This document shows, piece by piece, positions 61,801 through 64,000 of a stretch of DNA of 64,000 nt. This DNA is from Vitrella brassicaformis CCMP3155. Taxonomy: Eukaryota > Protista > Chromerida. Position numbers and translations under genes: made by a program. The notes beneath the pieces are model-generated. The model did not search any database, was not told the DNA's origin, and saw only the letters and a list, made by a program, of their open reading frames with translations. Each line of letters starts with the position of its first letter. The first letter of the stretch is position 1. The DNA is taken from the NCBI GenBank assembly GCA_001179505.1, contig CDMY01000007.1, positions 1 to 64,000 on the forward strand. The letters run 5' to 3'.

Positions 61801-62855
61801 GTATGCACGCGGGTGTTGTCTTGTGCCCTGCTGGACACAAGACGAGCCCACCCCCATGCTGCTGCTGATTTGCTGAAGTTAATCCACCCATCCATCCATC
61901 ATCTTGCTGCTATGTGTGCATCTCCCGATGCAGTAGAGCTCGGTGCGCTGTTCTCGTGTTCGTTCGTTGGTTTCTGTCTGTCTGTCTGTCTGTGCGTGTG
62001 TGTGTGTGTGTGCATGGCTGCAGGGATGTCATGTATGTGCAACTGAGCAGGGATGTCTGTGTGTTTTTGATGCTCTTATGCGTTGCCATGCCGCGGACGC
62101 ACTCGCTGTGTGCATGTGTGTGTGCTCTGGGCGGTTCTGTTTGCCGTTGCACTGGCAGCATTTACAACGAAGCTGGCCGTCTCCGGCTAAGCCCGCAGAC
62201 GGGGGTCTTTGACAAACGACACCGCAGGCCAAGATCTGTGTAGTGACGTGCTTCAGACGCGCTCACGCTACGTCATAATCAAAGGAAAAGTCGATCTCAT
62301 CTGAGTCGGTCACGGCAGTCCACACCACTGGGAGGGAACCAAACACTCTCACGAATATAAAATGTAAGCAGCGATGTGATGTGTGACCGGCCGGCACAGT
62401 TCCACACACACGAACTGCAATCCATTCAAGTACATCACCATATCATCCGACCGACTGCTATAGCGGGGGGTAACCTGCAGGCCCTGCAGGCAAGCAGACC
62501 GCCTCACTCACATGCAGACCTGGTGACGAGAAAGAGACCAAGAAGGTGCGTTGCGCTGTCTGTCTCTCTCCCTCCGGCTGGGCTGTGCTGTCCTCACATT
62601 CATGAATGAGGCCGCCACGCTAACGCTGCCTGACTGCCTCGTTATCCAACAGGCTCTCTGGCAGACGTCTGTTACAAATGACGCTTGCGTTGTCGACAGC
62701 TGATGGCTATTTTGCGTGGCCAAGGGAGCAAAAGAGTCGTCCGGATATAAAATGTAGGCACCGATGAAAGACACCTGCAGACACACACCGGCACGGAAAT
62801 GAAGGAGACATTATCGAACCGCTGGCTGCCCTGCCCAGGATGCCCACCCACTCAC

Positions 62856-64000
62856 TCACTCACTCCATCCCCTCCACCTCGCCGAACTTGGCGGCCAGCG
62901 GGCAGCAGGGCCGACCACTGGAGAGTGGGCGGCCGTCGGGCGCGACGAACTGCTCCATGTGGTCCTGCCACTCCAGCACGGCCAGCGTCTCCTTCCACAG
63001 CACTTGCGAGTAGCTCTCCAGGGCCGGCCGCAGGCTCCCCCTCTCAGCACGGCGTTAAGCAACACGCACAGCCCCCACTTGATAGTCGGCGCGCCCACCC
63101 ACACGGCCTCCTCCTCCCCCTCGCCAACCAAGATGCCGTCGGCCCTGAGCTGCTGCTTCAGCTCGCTGGCGGCGATGAGGTCGCTGTCCTCCTCATTCTC
63201 GGCCTCCTGCTTGACGGCGATATTGAGGAGCACCGATTCCGGCGGCCGGAACCCCGGGGTGCCCTCTGGAGCCTGATCGGCGGCCAGGCGGCGGGCCAAC
63301 CGCAGCGGGATGAGGGCGCTGGTGGCCGGGTCGAGGAAGGGCGGATTGGGGCTGGTGGTGGACTGCACCTTGACCGTGTTGGCGAGGTCGATGAATCTCA
63401 CCGACCCGCCAACATCAGCCGGCTGCTGGGGCGATGCCGACCGGAGGGCCGACCACTTCAGAAAGACGTTGCTCCAGGCCGGCCTGAGCGGCTGCGATGT
63501 GGCCTTGGGTCATGAGGTCCAGGGCATTGGTGACGACCAGTAGGTCTTGTGCCACCGCGGCCCTCTTCTGGGCCGTCCTGCCGCTGTACCGGTCGGCGAT
63601 GACCTCCACGCTGTACTCGGCCCGCAGCGGCTGCGACAGGTTGTACTTGGCCTGCTCGTCCTTAGTGTCCAGCAGCAGATCCCGCTGCTCCACAAACTCC
63701 TCTGCAACAGACGTCGAACCACACAGACAAGATAGAGAGGGACAGCCAGTCAGTGGGACCGTTGCCTGTGTCGTACTGCGTGTGTTGCCTCACACACCTG
63801 TCACTCGAGGCATGCCGATGACCACACAACACAGTCCACAAGGCCATCCCACCTCGGGCATCGTGTGGCGTCGGCGTCCTCGAAGAGGAGCTGCAGAAAC
63901 AGCGGGTCGCCCTCATCCTGGCGCATGCGGTCTGCCTCCCTCTGCAGCCCCGGCCCTAAACGCCGGCAGTCTGCGGCACCGTAGACCACCTTGACGACGG
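62856..64000 (-). pseudogene. Frameshifted paralog of the divergent kinase (5' end runs off the window)
   Basis: VVKV..LQREADRM..PLFLQLLFEDAD, an intron at the same position and phase as in the 52 kb gene, QDLLVVTNAL, then a frame change to SNVFLKWSAL..RFIDLANTVK..GFRPPE..GILVGEGEEEAVWVGAPTIKWGLCVLL. A further frame disruption follows. Confidence 0.7.

Overview
This is GC-rich, intron-dense eukaryotic DNA. Introns are short and GT-AG, and are full of (CA)n, (GGAT)n and (GACA)n microsatellites. The gene content includes plastid Tic20 with a bipartite leader, flagellar SPEF2 and UreG. Together these suggest a photosynthetic alveolate of the chromerid type, probably Vitrella-like (inference). 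Positions about 1.3-44.6 kb are a compact block of mostly conserved genes, largely in head-to-head pairs: TSR1, Tic20/BSD protein, Cid1-family nucleotidyltransferase/OSCA-TMEM63 channel, SPEF2/hypothetical, CCDC82-like, TLDc/coiled-coil-PH and ureG/VPS15. Positions about 46-64 kb are an accessory mosaic with four ~300-N gaps. It holds a low-complexity gene of at least 19 short exons whose first 18 introns can all be read in phase 0, with its 5' exons duplicated in inverted orientation at the window start. It also holds a decayed heptad repeat, an XPG/Exo1-like nuclease relic, a divergent protein kinase (duplicated, plus a frameshifted paralog), tandem duplications and exportin-like fragments. 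No rRNA, tRNA, CRISPR array or recognisable transposase was found. All exon boundaries were read by eye from GT/AG signals and are approximate.
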